The notes: generated by a model not told the origin, from the letters alone. Positions 1-13,987 are shown, counted from the stretch's first letter. The stretch is 64,000 nucleotides of DNA from Eledone cirrhosa (GCA_964016885.1 OZ024740.1:190526001-190590000), one strand, 5' to 3'. Numbers and translations: made by a program.

Positions 1-221
1 GCAGTACGATAAACCCCACCCCCACCTCCAGGTTGACAGAGAGATGCATGCACCTCAAAGTCATCGAAGGTAGGGGCCAGCTGCCGCACGACGCTGATTC
101 GAGTCTCACAGATAACCATTACATTTATACCACATGACCTGAGGTCATTTAGAAGCTTTGCTTGCTTCCATGTTGAGCCCAGGCCACGTGCATTCAAACA
201 TCCTACTCTTAACACATCCAT
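1..221 (-). CDS. Tx1 ORF2 N-terminus, AP-endonuclease domain (partial)
   Basis: Manual translation from ATG at 221: MDVLRVGCLNARGLGSTWKQAKLLNDLRSCGINVMVICETR, containing the APE NxxG and ET motifs. Confidence 0.85.
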   Translation of the reverse strand, partial: MDVLRVGCLNARGLGSTWKQAKLLNDLRSCGINVMVICETRISVVRQLAPTFDDFEVHASLCQPGGGGGVYRT

Positions 222-254
222 GTGGGCGGCAGAGCCAAAGGAGAGTGTAGAGAC

Positions 255-2307
255 CTACCTTTTCCGCTTCCGGGGTTCGGGTCGCATGACTTCCATGGGT
301 TCGGGGGTGTTGGGTGAAGGGGTGTCTTGTGGTGGTGTGGGGTCGTCAGTGTGTGGTGGGGTTGGGGTGTGTGGAGTTGTGTTGGAGAGGGGAAGGGGAG
401 GGGGAAAGCTTTTTAGTAGGACGCGGTTTATGGGTTTGACAGAGGGTGGTCCTACGTCCTCCTTAAAATCCTTTTTTAGTTGTTGGTAGAGGTTCATTGG
501 GATCTTTATTAATTTTAAATGTGGGTAGTTTTCTGAAGAAACAAAGTTTACACCTTCGGTTTGTACTGAAGGATTATTGTATATGAGTTCATTTAATTTA
601 TTATTGTTTCTGTTGATGTAAGTATAGTGTAATGTCTTTTTTTCGGATGGTGTGAGTGTTTCGAAGAGGGGAGGGGTAGGTTTGGTTTTGTTTGATGTTG
701 GAGGGGTGTTTTCTATTTTGTTGGATTGTGTTGAGATTTGGGTGGGGGTTGTTTGGCCTTGTGTGTTTTGCACATGTTTTCTTTTTTTCCTTTTAATCTG
801 TCTGAAGGACTCCGTTCTTCCTCCGAATTCGTTGGGTTATCTTAAGTGTTGGAGGGAAGAGGTATGTTTGCTGGTAATGTTTCCGTGTTGGTTTTCTTGT
901 GGGGGAGATGGATATCACTATGTTAGACTGTGTTGTGTGTTGTGTCTGCGGTGGTCGTGTTGTTTTATTGAGTGAGGGGTTGGGTGGGCCTGTATTTTGT
1001 TTTGGGGTAATGTGTTGTGACTGTTTGTGTTGTGGTGGTGGTGTAGTTTTACTGAGGGACGGGTTGGGTGGGACTGAGTTTTGTTGTTTGTTTATCTGTT
1101 GTGGTGGTGGTGGTGGAGCTGGTGTTGGTAGAAGGGTTTTCTTTTTGTTGAGTTGGGGACAAGCGGCCTTCAGGTGCCCTCTGCCTGCACATATATGACA
1201 GGACAGCCTTCTCCCCTCGACGCTAATGTTTATATACCCGTGGCCCTCTAATAGGATTCTGTCGGGTATTTGGGCGATACGTTCAGGCTTCATTTGCACT
1301 ACCAGCTCTATACCTGTTCCACTGAACGCATTGCCTGTGGTTTTCCCAATGGAAATCACGTTGTCATTCACTGGATCGATGAAGCCAGCTATGAGCCAGC
1401 AGTAGCCCACATCTGGCATCATTGCATCCAGCCATATGCGTTGAGTTCTTTTACCCATATAAGATGGATAAAAGGTAAAAATGTTCGAACAAATCGGTGA
1501 CAAAGCACTTTTTTTTGCCGCCGATTCGTTCTTCATAATAATTGCTAGGCTTCCATACAGTCTGTCTTTTCTTATGAAAGTGGTTTCATTAAGTACTTCT
1601 GTGAGTACTGTTTTGATATCTGCCTGAGTTGGCTGTTCAGGTTTTTCTGAAGTGTTGTTGATGGTGCGGAACACGACCGTTCGACTTTCAATGTCTTTGG
1701 TGAGTTCTTGAGGCATTTTTACCGATAAAAAACCATTCTCTCCTTCACTTATGTATTGTTTGGCGTCTGTGATTCTTCGTGCCACATCTGAAATATTTTC
1801 AGGTATTTATGTCAAAGATTTCTTTGTTGTTTGTGCAAATGAAATATTTTTTACTTTGTCGTCTGCTTTGCTTTCTGTTATGGTGTTATTTTCAAATGTT
1901 ATTTTTGTGTTTGTTGTGTCTTTGTTTGTGGTATTAGTATTGTCATGCAATTTTTCAAATTTTTTTTTTTCGTTGTGTGAATCCATGTCCAGATTTGTGT
2001 TTTCGTCATTTTTCTCCGCAGATTCGTCTGTTTTTATTTTAATTTTTCCTTCCTTCTCTATGACGTTAGTTGGGAAGGAAGGGGGGACTAAAGCGTGCGA
2101 GCTTACAACTCTTACCGCTGTCCCCCCACCACTATTTTCGTTCGCTTCGTTTAACATTTCTGTCAGCCGATTGAAATTTTTTGCCACAAAATTATTTAAA
2201 ACAGGTTTTTCACCTCTAGGAGGGGTAAATATGAGCTGACCCACCGCCTGACAGTTCAGACGGGGGCTCAAGCTACACAATAGTATCAAAATTAAATTTG
2301 AACTCAA
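255..2307 (-). pseudogene. Tx1 ORF1 (gag-like zinc-knuckle protein), broken into ORFs 1807-2307, 793-1785 and 255-773
   Basis: VEGRRLSCHICAGRGHLKAACP knuckle and Pro/Thr-rich linker. C-terminal LIKIPMNLYQQLKKDFKEDVG is similar to copy 4 (LVRMSLNFYKEIRESFPQDVG). Confidence 0.8.
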
Positions 2308-2387
2308 TAAATTTCCGCAATAAATTTCAACAAAACTTCTGCGCGAAGTGAATTACATCCACACTGTAGAACAGACGACAGCTAGGA

Positions 2388-2472
2388 TGATAGATAGATA
2401 GATAGATATATATATATATAGATAGATACATAAATAGATAGATAAATAGATTGACAGGTAGATAGATAGATA
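2388..2472. repeat. (GATA)n/(TA)n microsatellite
   Basis: Directly visible. Confidence 0.9.
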
Positions 2473-3045
2473 TTATCTATATGTTTTCAAATTTATGAGC
2501 ACATGCCTTCTAATTCAATACCTAACCCGAATATTGATGTCCGAAAAAAATATTGTAAACATCCTCCATATATGGGTTTCTATTTACAAATGATTCACCC
2601 TGTTTACATGTGTACATTAATTACGTTAGAATTATTGCAATGAATGTTTTTAAACTTCATTTGGCGTCTGAAAACTAGGTATGAAAGACCTTTTGTAAAT
2701 ACATGTTCTGATAAATCACTTGTTTAGACCTTGTCATTTTACTTTCACTCCTAAATTGGTTTTAAAGATATTGAGTTAAAGCAGCTACATTCTCTCAGCA
2801 ATGATGTATGTAAGGGTTAATGGAGAACGAATTAACATTTCTTATTTCGTTCTGTGAATCTCATTAACCGTCACACAGGCAGGCTCACAAACGCGCACAT
2901 ATATATATATTAAGATACAGACAGTAATAAATGTTGTGTTTAGTGATAATTCAATAAAATATCATTCAAAATTTCCACGCAATTCTATGTAATGAAATTA
3001 GATACATATAATTTGCAGTGTTAACTTCGAAATAATCTGTTGCTC

Positions 3046-3108
<63 letters not shown>
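3046..3108. repeat. (AAT)n microsatellite
   Basis: Directly visible; first spacer of the LINE chain. Confidence 0.97.
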
Positions 3109-4459
3109 GCCATAAACACGCTTGCCATACCAGTAGTAACCTACAGTTACAATGTCATCAACTGGTCAAGCAGGGAGATCCGTAGGCTCGATACAAAAAT
3201 TCGAAATTTCTCAACCATGCACAGAATGCATCACCCTAAGGCAGATATAGATAGAATATATATCCCTAGGAAAGAAGGAGGACGTGGGTTAATCCAGTTA
3301 GACATTGCGTTGAAAACTGCAACAATTGGATTATCTACATATCTAAGGGAATCACATGATTGGATGATCAAACTCGTTTTGAAACACGAAAGCATCAAAA
3401 GATCATATTCCATTACAAAAGATGCACAAAGATACAGTAATGGACTACAAATTTCAGAAGTCCCATTTACTGCTGAAATGGAAAACACAGAAAAAGCAAA
3501 GCAGGTAAAAGTAACTGCAAAGAAAGAACTGCTACAGAAACTACCTAAGAAATGGCAAGAAAAGCCTCTGTATGGAAAATACCCAGAGCGAGCTAACAAT
3601 CCTGATGTTGACAAAACTTTAACCCATCAGTGGTTGGCATCCTCTGGATTGAAATCGGAGACTGAAGGACTGATTATATCAGCACAAGATCAGTGTCTGC
3701 CAACAAAAAATTACCAAGCCAACATAATAAAAAATGGATGCAGCCCATTATGCCGTGTATGCAAAAAACAACCAGAGACCATTGACCATATGATTTCAAT
3801 ATGCAGTCCTATAGCTCCAACCGAATACCTAAACAGGCATGACAGAGCTGCACAATACATACATTGGATAATGTGTAAGCATTTTGACCTGCCCCATCAT
3901 AAGAATTGGTGGGAGCATCAACCACCTCCCATACTTGAAAAAGATCACATCTCAATCTTGTGGTATTTTAGCATCGAAACAGACCGAAAAATAGATGCAA
4001 ATAGACCTGATATAATATTGAAGGACTTTCAAAAGAGGGTATGCCTGCTAATTGATATGTCTGTTCCAATAGACAAGAATGTATCTATAAAAACATTTGA
4101 AAAATTGTGCAAGTATAAGGACATGGAGATAGAAATTGGAAAATGTGGAAATTGAGAACTAAAACAATACCAGTGGTTGTAGGTGCTCTGGGAATGATAC
4201 CTAAGGGGTCTAATGATTACTTATCGCAAATCCCAGGAAACCCGCGTATTGGAGAAATACAAAAGATAGTACTAATGGGAACTGCCCATATACTAAGGAA
4301 GATTCTGTCAATATAAGTACATCACAAGTCTAAACACTAAAGATGCATGTGTGAGTATGTATGTTCTTTCTTGAACATGGCGGACCTTGTTGTCTCTTGA
4401 GGTCACTGGTTGTGACTTGGTGATAACTCGTATGAACGTAAAGCAAGATAAATGCAACT

Positions 4460-4460
<1 letters not shown>
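3109..4460 (+). mobile_element. R4/Dong-clade LINE family A, 5'-truncated copy (ORF 3217-4155 plus 3'UTR)
   Basis: RIYIPRKEGGRGL, CCHC finger CRVCKKQPETIDHMISIC, RHD and RLE motif NRPDIILKD..LIDMSVP. Near-identical to 16400-17747. AAT on both sides. Confidence 0.92.
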
Positions 4461-4525
<65 letters not shown>

Positions 4526-4533
4526 TTAATAAT
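4461..4533. repeat. (AAT)n microsatellite
   Basis: Lies between a Dong 3' end and a Tx1 3' end (tail to tail). Confidence 0.97.
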
Positions 4534-4784
4534 GCTTTCTTTATTAATCACAAGGGTTTACATAAAGTAGACATTAAGGACAGTACAGGACAATACAGGA
4601 CGGTACAAATGGTCATTTTTGCGTGTAAAAAATAAAAACAGAGGATGTAACAAACAAATAACAATGAAAAATTCCACAATACGGGGGAGACTTCCGAGGG
4701 ACATTCGTAGAGAAAGCCCATTAAAAAGCCACAGTCACCCTGACCACCAGGGCAAGTGCCCTCTCCAAGTTTTCCACCTTTAAT

Positions 4785-7700
4785 TTACAGACACATAGAC
4801 AGAGTAGGCTCATTCACTCGGGCCATTCTTGCCTCTCTCACCCATCTTTCAACAAAATGCTGGGAATAGAGCACTTCCCTCTCTACCCTGATTTTCCTTT
4901 TGAAATGAAATTTTAAAAATTTATTCAGGTCATCACCAAATAGGTACGTGTTCATCTTCACCCCTTTCAAACGTGTCCAGCATACTATCTCTTTCGCCAT
5001 GGCCACCAGTTAGATAAAAACTGCCTAACCTTCCAGGCTAAAGGAAGAGGGCGGGGCAATCCTCACGATGGACTCAGCTGATAGCTGGATCCGTCCTACA
5101 CGCGACAGCAGGTGTTCGACATAAACTCACAAGTCAGCAATGCTCAGACACTGGATGAGTGCGTGCCGGAGGGTTTCGTCACCCTGCGCGCATCTAGGAC
5201 ATGCCCGGTTGAGGGCACCTCCATGCCTGTAGAGTTTATCCCGAACTGGCAAAGCTCTTCGGTAGCACTGCCAGGCCAGGGAGTTCTGGAAGTTGTCCAT
5301 AGGCCCCGGCCCGAAAGTTCTTCCGAAGAGATTGTCTAGTTGATTTTCGTCGACGTCTAGAATTTCCACAAGTATATCGTCGCTCTTCCCCTCCACTAAT
5401 CCTCTATAGAACGCCAAGGTGGAGTTTCCACCGAACACATTGCCCGATTGGTCCAGGGCTGTGAGCCTCTGAAGACATTCCAGTCTCCAAGCGCTCCCTC
5501 TCGGTCTTCGCTACACCCAGGACTTCAGCCCTGTCAAGGGAAATGGCTGGGGAAAGACGCGTCTAGGAAACGGCAACCACACATGATCACTGTCGAGGAA
5601 GAGGTGGAGATGTCGTAACCTGAGCGCGTGTCTACGCATCATCAACCACGGCATTCCCAGCCCTCCACGTAGCGGGTGTTGACAGCAGATGGACCGCCTG
5701 ACCATCGGAGCGCGTACCTTCCACAAAAAGCGAAAGAGCAAACGTTCCAGCGCACTCAGTCGGGCTTAGGACAAGGTATGACGGCCAGGCGGTAGTAGAT
5801 GACGGACGCGATGTACGCGTTAGCCACCTCCGCTCGACTTTTCGGGGATAGGTTCATCTCCGCCCATTTCTGGGTGAGAGAAGCCACCCTGCTCATCACC
5901 TCGTCGATGTTGGATGGCCTGGACCTACCAGTCCAGGTGCCGAGCTGCAGGCCCACTGACTTTTCCTGGTTGATCATTGCTCCTGTCACCGCTTCGTATT
6001 CTCTTAGTGTAGTGCCGATAACCTCGATGTCTTTGGCGTTCGACACCACTACGGTGACATCGTCCACATATGCTGACACGGAGCTTCCGCATCCTAATTC
6101 GCGCGGGACGCCCTTCAACGTCTCCAGTTTGTGCAGTAATGGTTCGAGAGTCAATACGTACAAGAGGGACGAGTGGGGACAGCCTTGGCGGATCGAGTGC
6201 ATGATGCTGAACGGTTCCGAAAGGTTACAGTTCACTCTCACCACAGAGCAGCGATGCAGCCTATGAAGACGGGCCCGAAGCCAGCTGCCCTCAGGGTTGC
6301 TGCCAGATAACGATGGTCGACACTATCGAAAGCTTTCGACTGATCTAAATTGGTCAAGATCCCACCCGTGCAAGGTTCCCTATCTACCCATCGCCACGTT
6401 GTATCACATGAGGTGGAGGTTGTCGTGGATGGATCTGTTTGGAATGGCGCATGTCTGCGCCTCTTCCAACAGTCCACCAACGAAAAGCGCCAACCTCTTT
6501 GCTAGCACCTTGGCAAAAATCTTGAAGTCTGTGTTTAGCAGAGTTATGGGCCTAAAATTATCTCTGTTATCGCCCTCGTTCTCAGCAGCGCCACCGCTCC
6601 TCGGCTCACGGAGCCGGGAATTTTCCCGTTCTGTTGCCAGTTGCAGTAGGCCTCCGCCAAGAGGCCTCCGAACAAGTCTGGCATCTGTACGTAAAGTTCA
6701 TAGGCCAGACCCTCCAAACCAGGCGATTTACCCCTTTTACAGCCAATCATTGCCTCCCGTACTTCAACGGCTGTTATCGGCTTTACACAACACTACGCCT
6801 CAGTGGCCGTGAGCCGCGGCAGTACGTCGAGGTAGGCATTAAAGTCCTTCCGTCGATCCGGCTCACGGCAGCACCCAAACAACTGAGCGAAGTGTCGATG
6901 AAAAGCTTCACACATTTCCCCGGGATCGAGTAGCATGCGCCCGTCGTGGTCCACCAAAAACCGGATCGTGGCTTTGTCGCGACGTCGCGCCTCCGCTATT
7001 CGGGCCCATTGAACGGTTTTCGTCCCCTCGGGGCTGAAAACGCAGCCTTCGTGCTTTGCATTGAAGAATTGTTCAAGGGCCAATTTCGCCGCAAACGCGC
7101 CGGTCGCGATGACTTGGCTAAGCCCCTTGTCTAATTGTCTAACTAGTTCTCGCTCTGCTCTATTTTTCTCTATTCCTAAAGCCTTACTAAACATAATGGA
7201 CTCTATTCTAATCGCTCTTTTCAGAGCAAACCACCTTTTGTTGTTGACGATTGCCCCCGTCAACGCCCGCTTAACTAGTTCGCTAATCCAATCTCTGTAG
7301 GCCTTGCGCATTGTTAATGACGCGTTTAGTTTCCAGTAGCCCGGTCCCTGTCTATGAAGCCTATCTAAGTCAACCACACAGATCACGAATGTGTGGTCCA
7401 TGTGGCTGTCTATCTTGAATTGTGGACAGCCTATGCTAGACCTATCTATTTCCCTACAAAATGCTCTATCTAGATAAGATCTGGATGACTCGATGCGGTT
7501 TGTCCAAGTCTACATCGTTCACATTCGGGAAATCCAATCGGTACCTGTACGACAGTTGAAAACGCTTGATTAGCTTTGTGAGGCTTTTACACCCTCATCC
7601 TCTATCCGTTAATCCCACACAATCCCAGCGTGCATCTAAGATCGCGTTCCAGTCGCCCACTAACACTAGAGAGCGGGACGTTCCAAGAAAGGTCTCCAGA

Positions 7701-8073
7701 CGCCGGAAGAATTCAGGCCGTCCTGCTCCTGTTGGGGTACAGGCCGCCACTAGCCAGAAAGCTTGTCCTTATCCGCTGGTCACGTCCAGTACCACCAACT
7801 TACCCTCTGGGTCCAAGAGATCTAGACTTCTCCGGTACAACACGGCCAGTCCCCCCTACTCCCTGATCTGGGACGGCTTGGTGATGTGTTCACCTCGTAG
7901 CCGAGTCTGAATGCCCGTGCCTCGGAGATTCTGGTCTTGCTGATGGCCACCACATCTATGTTTAGCGACCTGAAGTCGTTCAGCAAGTGGCCTTGTTTCC
8001 AAGACGACCCCAGGCCACGTACATTTATGCTACCTATTCTGAGAGAAGCCATGTTGGCTAGCATAGGAGGCAA
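4785..8073 (-). pseudogene. Tx1 ORF2 (APE-RT-Zn finger), many frameshifts and stops
   Basis: Ordered motif fragments in ORFs 7822-8073, 6793-7401, 6544-6750, 6238-6480, 5756-6244, 5511-5741, 5127-5438 and 4785-5006. Confidence 0.9.
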
Positions 8074-8571
8074 CTGAGAAGAGAGAGGTACAAAACATTA
8101 CCTATGAGTCTTCCTTCGAAGGGGGCGGGTGATCCACCCCTCCGACCATTGGTGGGTTTCTCCACGAGAATATCCGTGAATATTCTTTTGGTGATGTTCC
8201 CTCGGTACTCTCCAATTGATGTGGGGAACATTTTTTTCAATGTTACGTAATTTTTTTTGTCTAATTTCTATTATTTTATGTGTGTGGGGTGTGCAATTTT
8301 GGTGGTTTGTACGTAGTTTGTTTCTGTGATGTTGGTGTGGTGTTGAATGCAGTTTAAAAGCTTTGTGTCTATGGCTGTGTATTGTGTCTGTTGTTTGGGT
8401 GTTGGTGCTTTCTGTGTTTGCTGTCGTGTTGTTGGAGGTGACGATGGGGTAGATGTTAAGTGTGGTGGTTTTGGTGTTGGTGGTGGTGATTTTGTAGGTG
8501 GTTGTGGGGGTGTGGCTGTTGATGGTGGTGGAGGGGGTGGTATGGTTTCCATTTTCTTTTAAGGTTCTTTC

Positions 8572-9546
8572 TTACTCTTTTTTTATTTTTGGGGTTGGGA
8601 TGGAGGTGGGGGGAGTTCTTCCTTTTTTTGGTGGAATAGTACTCCACTCTTCGGTCTCATCGCAATCCTTTTCCGATTTGGCTATATCAGGAATGGGTAT
8701 GATTCCCATTGTTTCTGTTGGTGGTGGAAGAGATGGAATTTTTGTTGTTGAGAATAGTGATTTCTCTTCTGCCACTGTGGTCTCTGTTTGTTTGTCTGCT
8801 CCTGTTGTAGGGAACGGCGTGGGGAGAAGGGATGGGCGCAAGCCTGTTTTGGTAAGTTTGGGGCAGGATGCCTTAAGGTGCGTCTTGTCACCGCATCCAT
8901 GACATCTTGGGCGCATACCTTCGACAGTCACGGGTAGATGGCTGCCGTCGTCCAGATCTATTACATCGGGGATGGCTTCAATGCTCTCATAGTTTGCTTG
9001 GATGATTATCTCCATCCCCAAACCTGGACAAGTTTTCTGCCTTATTGGCATGACATTGAGTATGGTTGTTGAATCCTCAACGTCAGCGAGGACGGACGCT
9101 GTCAACCTCGCAATATCCACTAAGGACGGAACCTGGCCCACTCGAGCCCTCACGAGTCTCTGGCCGCAGTATATGGGCATCATTATGATTTCGTCACTGC
9201 GGGGTGGCGCAATGGAGCGTGCTCTGGCTTCTTCTGGTGTAGCGAAGAGCACATCCACAGTGCCATATCTCGATCCCCGGGCTATATATGTTTTCTGTGC
9301 CCAGACGGTGCCCATAGTTCTTTGGACTTCTGACTCCGTTACCCTTTGAACCCGCCGCGATTTTGATCCGATCGTGCGGTAAATCACCGAACACAAATGC
9401 TTGTTTCTTATTATCTCAGCTGAGCGGGTGAGACTTACCCTGTGTCCGGTCTTTTTAACCAAGACCTTAGCTTGTTTTATCTCTTCGTTAGTGATGTGTA
9501 CTTGTTCAACATTATCTGTGGCTGCTGCTGCTGTTGTCACTACCAC
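8572..9546 (-). CDS. Tx1 ORF1 core (zinc-knuckle nucleic-acid-binding protein)
   Basis: 324-aa ORF with VEGMRPRCHGCGDKTHLKASCP, upstream of ORF2. Confidence 0.8.
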   Translation of the reverse strand: MVVTTAAAATDNVEQVHITNEEIKQAKVLVKKTGHRVSLTRSAEIIRNKHLCSVIYRTIGSKSRRVQRVTESEVQRTMGTVWAQKTYIARGSRYGTVDVLFATPEEARARSIAPPRSDEIIMMPIYCGQRLVRARVGQVPSLVDIARLTASVLADVEDSTTILNVMPIRQKTCPGLGMEIIIQANYESIEAIPDVIDLDDGSHLPVTVEGMRPRCHGCGDKTHLKASCPKLTKTGLRPSLLPTPFPTTGADKQTETTVAEEKSLFSTTKIPSLPPPTETMGIIPIPDIAKSEKDCDETEEWSTIPPKKGRTPPTSIPTPKIKKE

Positions 9547-9877
9547 TGTCGCTGTCGCTGCTGCTAATGTTTCTCTTGTATTTTACTTTGCCTTGTGATT
9601 GGGTGGAAGTGGCTGTTTCACCCTCCGAACAACTCGCGGTTCCTCCCTGTGGACAATTTTTTTGGCCCGCCATGTTTTTTTTAAAACAAAATGTTGGGGT
9701 TATGATTGTAAATGAAAGCAAATGTAGCCCTCAAGGGCGCGAGATACAGTTAAAAAAATCACCTCCTTTGACAGAGGGGTTCTTTAACTACACATGGATG
9801 TAAAACATAGTATATAGAACTTTCGAAAAACTCATAACAATTCAACTAACTTACTCCGCCATAGTTACCGCCGTCAA

Positions 9878-9910
9878 ATAATAATAACAACAAATAATAA
9901 TAATAATAAT
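9878..9910. repeat. (AAT)n microsatellite, slightly degenerate
   Basis: Lies between two Tx1 copies. Confidence 0.93.
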
Positions 9911-12775
9911 GATTTCATTTATTAGCCACAAGGGCCGACATGTAGGGGACAATACAAAAACAGGGACAGTGGGGGTTTACAATAAGGTCGAGTAAAAGTG
10001 CACAATGGCAAGACTAATTTAACAATGAAAATATAAAAATATAAAACAAACTATGCATAAATATAACAAGATAAATTCCCCGATAGAGAGTGTACGACCC
10101 TGGGGTGATTCGGGTACCCCACCAATCCTGAACCACCCTGCGCTTCTAGGGCACCCAGGAGAGCACCCCTCTCCTCAAGTTAGCCTGCCTATAGGCGCAT
10201 GGTGAGAGTAGGCTCATTCACACTAGCCATTCTCGCCACATTCACCCACCTTTTAGTAAATGTACTGGGGGGCAACACTTATCTCTCCACCCTCACCCTC
10301 CTTTCCAGGTGAAACTTGAAGAAGTTGATGAGGGATTGGCCGAAGAGAAAAGTGTCTGTCTTTAGTCCTTTCAACCTGGTCCACCATATAATCTCTTTCG
10401 CAACTGCCACCAGACAGAGGAAAATGTCCTGCTCTTCCTGACCTAAGGAAGGTGGCGGCTCGATCTTCACTATGGACTCGGCCGATAGCCGGATTCGTTC
10501 CACACGCAACAGTAGCTGTTCGACATAACTCCACAAGTCAGTAATGCACGGACATTGGACAAGTGCGTGCAGAACCGTTTCGTCGTTCTGTGCGCATCTT
10601 GGGCATGTCCGTCTGACAGCACTTCCGTGCATGTAGAGTTTATCCCGAACCGGCAGTTCCCCCCAGTAGCACTGCCAAGCGAGGGATTTCTGGAAATTGT
10701 CCATCGTCCCCGGCTCAAAACCCTCCGGTACAGACTAGTCAGTTCGACTTCGTCGAGGCCCAAAGATTCTCCGAGTGCGTCATCGCACTTGCCCACCAAT
10801 AATCCTCTATAGAACTCGAGAGTGGAAGTTCCACTGATCGCATTGCCCGCTTGGTAGAGAGCAGTGAGTGCCTGGCAACATTCCAGGTGCCAGTCAGCCA
10901 GTCTCGGTCTCTTCTTGACCCAAGACTGCAGCTCAGTCAAAGAAATGAGCTGCGGAAAGGCCCGTCTGATAAAGGCGACCACACCTGTTCACCATTGAGG
11001 CAGAATATCTGGAGATGTCGCAGCCTCAACGTATGTCTGCGCATCATTAGCCACGGCAAGCCCAGCCCTCCACGTAGAGGGTGCTGGCAGCAGATGGACC
11101 GCCTCACCAACGGAACTTGTCCCCTCCACAAGAATTTGAAGAGGAGCTTTCCAACTTGACGAGGCGCCGACGGAGGCAAGGCACGACGGTTAGGCGGCAG
11201 TAGATGACGGACGCGATGTACGCATTCGCCACTTCCGCGCGACCTTTCAGTGATAGCTTCCTCCCAGCCCATTTTTGGGTGAGACTGGCTACTCTGCTCG
11301 TTACCTCATACCAATTCTTTTCCACCTGGAGGTCTGGTCCGAACCAAACCCCGAGCAACTTTACTGTTCGTCCGTCCAGCGCCCTACGACGCTGTTGGAC
11401 AGCATGGGCTTGCCTCTCCAGGTTCCGAGCTGCAAGCCCACCGACTTTTCCGGGTTAAGTTTGGCTCCTGTCAACCTTTCATATTCCTTCAATAAGGTGC
11501 AGACCACCTCGATTTCTGAGGTGTTCGACATCATCATGGTGATGTCGTCCGCATAAGCCGACACCGCCTTTCCATGTCCCGGTTCGAGCGGGATGCCCTG
11601 CAAAAGCTCCAGCTTCCGCAGTAAAGGCTCGAGAGTCAATACGTACAGAAGGGAAGAGATAGGGCACCCTTGACGGACCGATCGGGAGAGCCCGAAATGG
11701 TTCCGAGAAGTGGGCAATAACCTTGACCACCGAGCGTGTGCCGCTGTGCATTGCAACGATCAAGCTTCTAAAGACAGGGCCAAAGCCAGCTGCTTTGAGG
11801 ACAAACTCCAGATACCGATGGTCGACCCTATCGAATGCTTTCGATTGATCTAATTTGATCAGTGCCCCACCAAAGACAGGTTTACATCCTACCCTCTCTA
11901 TGATGTATCGCATGAGATGGAGATTGTCGTGTATGGACCTGACTGGGATTGCGGAAGTTTGCGCCTCCCCAACCAAATCCTCGACGACAAGCGCCAATCT
12001 CTATGCTAACACATTGGCCCAAATCTTAAACTCTGTGTTGAGCAGAGTTATGGGCCTGAAGTTGTCTAATGTATCCCTCTTGTTCTCGTCTTTCCTTATC
12101 AGCGTCACCACTGCCCTGCTCACAGAACTGGGAATACTCCCATTCTGCTGCCAGTTACAGTAGAATCATTCGAGGAGTTGGGAGAACAAGTCTGGTATAT
12201 TTACGTATAGCTCGTAGGGCAGGCCATCCGAACTGGGTGACTTGCGCCTGATGCAGCCGACAAGGGAGTCCTGAATTTCGGCTGAAGTAATCGGCCTTTC
12301 GCAGCGCTCAGTGTCGACCGTCGAGATGCGCCGCAAGCCGTCAAGGTAGGGACTGAAATCCGCTATTCTCTCTGACTCGCCACTCTCCCTGAACAACCAG
12401 GCAAAGTGCCGGCGAAAGGCCTCACACATCCGCTTGGAATCGCTTATCTCGTGTCCGTCTCGGTCCGCCAAAGACCGAATTGTAATTTTATTACCACGCT
12501 GCGCCTCCGCCACGCGGGCCCATCGAACAACTTTAGTTCCCTCGTTTCTCAGCGCACGCGCCTTAGCTCTGACAATGCAACCTTCGTGTTTGTCATTGAA
12601 GAAATGGTCTAATGCCATTCTCGCCGCTAGCACGTCAGTTGCGATGCCACTAAAATAGCCTCGTCTAACTTATCTACCAGCTCCCCCTCCTTTCTATTTT
12701 TCTCTAACACTAGTTCTTTGCTGAACTCTATCGAAGTTACTCTAATCTCTCTTTTGAGAGCCCCCCTCCCCCACC

Positions 12776-12776
<1 letters not shown>
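9911..12776 (-). mobile_element. Tx1-clade LINE copy 3, 5'-truncated (RT to 3' end)
   Basis: LDQSKAFDRVDH, VRQGCPISSLLY, AYADD and CPRCAQNDETVLHALVQC. The 3'UTR is highly similar to copy 4. Confidence 0.92.

Positions 12777-12820
<44 letters not shown>
12777..12820. repeat. (AAT)n microsatellite
   Basis: Lies between the Tx1 truncation point and a Dong 5' end. Confidence 0.97.
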
Positions 12821-12822
<2 letters not shown>

Positions 12823-13691
12823 GGGAAGAAGACGCACGAGGTGGTAGAAGGTTGAAATCGCTCCCGTAAGTTTTTGATTTTTAACATATTTAAATCAATT
12901 GTGAAATATCAATTCTTAGTACAAATGATGCATAAATCACCGAATCAAGTCTGATAAAAATTCGGATCCATAATATATTGTTATATCGCTCAAATATTCA
13001 AATTTGTATTATATATTTTATATTGAAAAAAGAAAATGGTTATAAACGGAAGAAAACCCCCTCTGTCTACACTATATAGAACAGCCAAATAACAGCAATT
13101 TCAACAACACCAGAAACTAGATACACCACCTACCACATCACCCCGCTGTGTACACTAAATATAACAGCCAGATAACGGCAATTTCACCACCTCCACCACC
13201 AATCCCAGCATCATAATAATAATTACTATTATTATTGTCTCAAGTTTTAACAAAATATTTAATTCAAATATTAAATTAATATGTCAAAACATATATTAAA
13301 CATACGCGACACAAACGCATAGATACTACAGATCAAACAAAACTAGTCTATTCGACAAAACTCAGTAACGATAACGCCACCACTACCACCACTCCATCCA
13401 TCATTGCTATCACTATCCCATCACCAACGTCACCACTCCTTCATTGCTACCACCACTATTCCCCTGTTAACTTAAGAAAGGGGAAGCTGGCGGTATCACT
13501 AGACAAGGGAGAGGCTAGCAAAAGATATAAATAGATTGACTTAGTGACCCGGCCATCGACCAAATGTCAACAGCTATGGCACTGCTGGCTCCCCCCTTCA
13601 CCACCAACAATATAAAAAAAGCCCCAGCACCACCACCGACACAGCCAACAACAATAACAGGCAACTTCAGCAAAAAGTATATTATATTATT

Positions 13692-13748
13692 GTAATGCAC
13701 TGGGTAATTGCTGGCCTTGTGCCTGGAGTGGAAACAATTACTAATAAT
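13692..13748 (+). mobile_element. SINE 3' fragment inside the Dong-A 5'UTR
   Basis: gtaatgcactgggtaattgctggccttgtgcctggagtggaaacaatta matches the SINE tail at 38749-38800 and follows tattattatt. Confidence 0.7.
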
Positions 13749-13987
13749 TTCATTCTTAAGCCACGCAATGCTCACATTAAGGAACCACTCATGATAATAA
13801 CAATTAAAAAAAAATAAATAAATAAAACACCTTGACCCAGAAATACCGGGATGGCGGCCGGCGGGGAATAGCCGTGTCTCTAGGGGAGAACGACCCCTCT
13901 AGTCTTGGTTGACACTCGTTCTAGAAGTGGTAACACAAAATGATTACCCCTTGGCGGATAAGGATAAAACGCGACAAAATAAAGTAA

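Larger units (their letters stand above)
1..2387 (-). mobile_element. Tx1-clade LINE copy 1 (5' part: 5'UTR, ORF1, start of ORF2; runs off the window)
   Basis: ORF1 has a CX2CX4HX4C knuckle and is followed by an APE N-terminus homologous to the other Tx1 copies. The 5' end abuts (GATA)n. Confidence 0.85.
4534..9877 (-). mobile_element. Tx1-clade LINE copy 2, near full length, decayed
   Basis: ORF1 8572-9546 (CHGCGDKTHLKASC). ORF2 fragments: APE (INVRGLG, GPGYWKLN), RT (KSPGLEGL, LDQSKAFD, IRQGCP, AYVDD) and C-terminal CPRC..ETLRHALIQC. AATAAA and an (ATT)n tail at the 3' end. Confidence 0.92.
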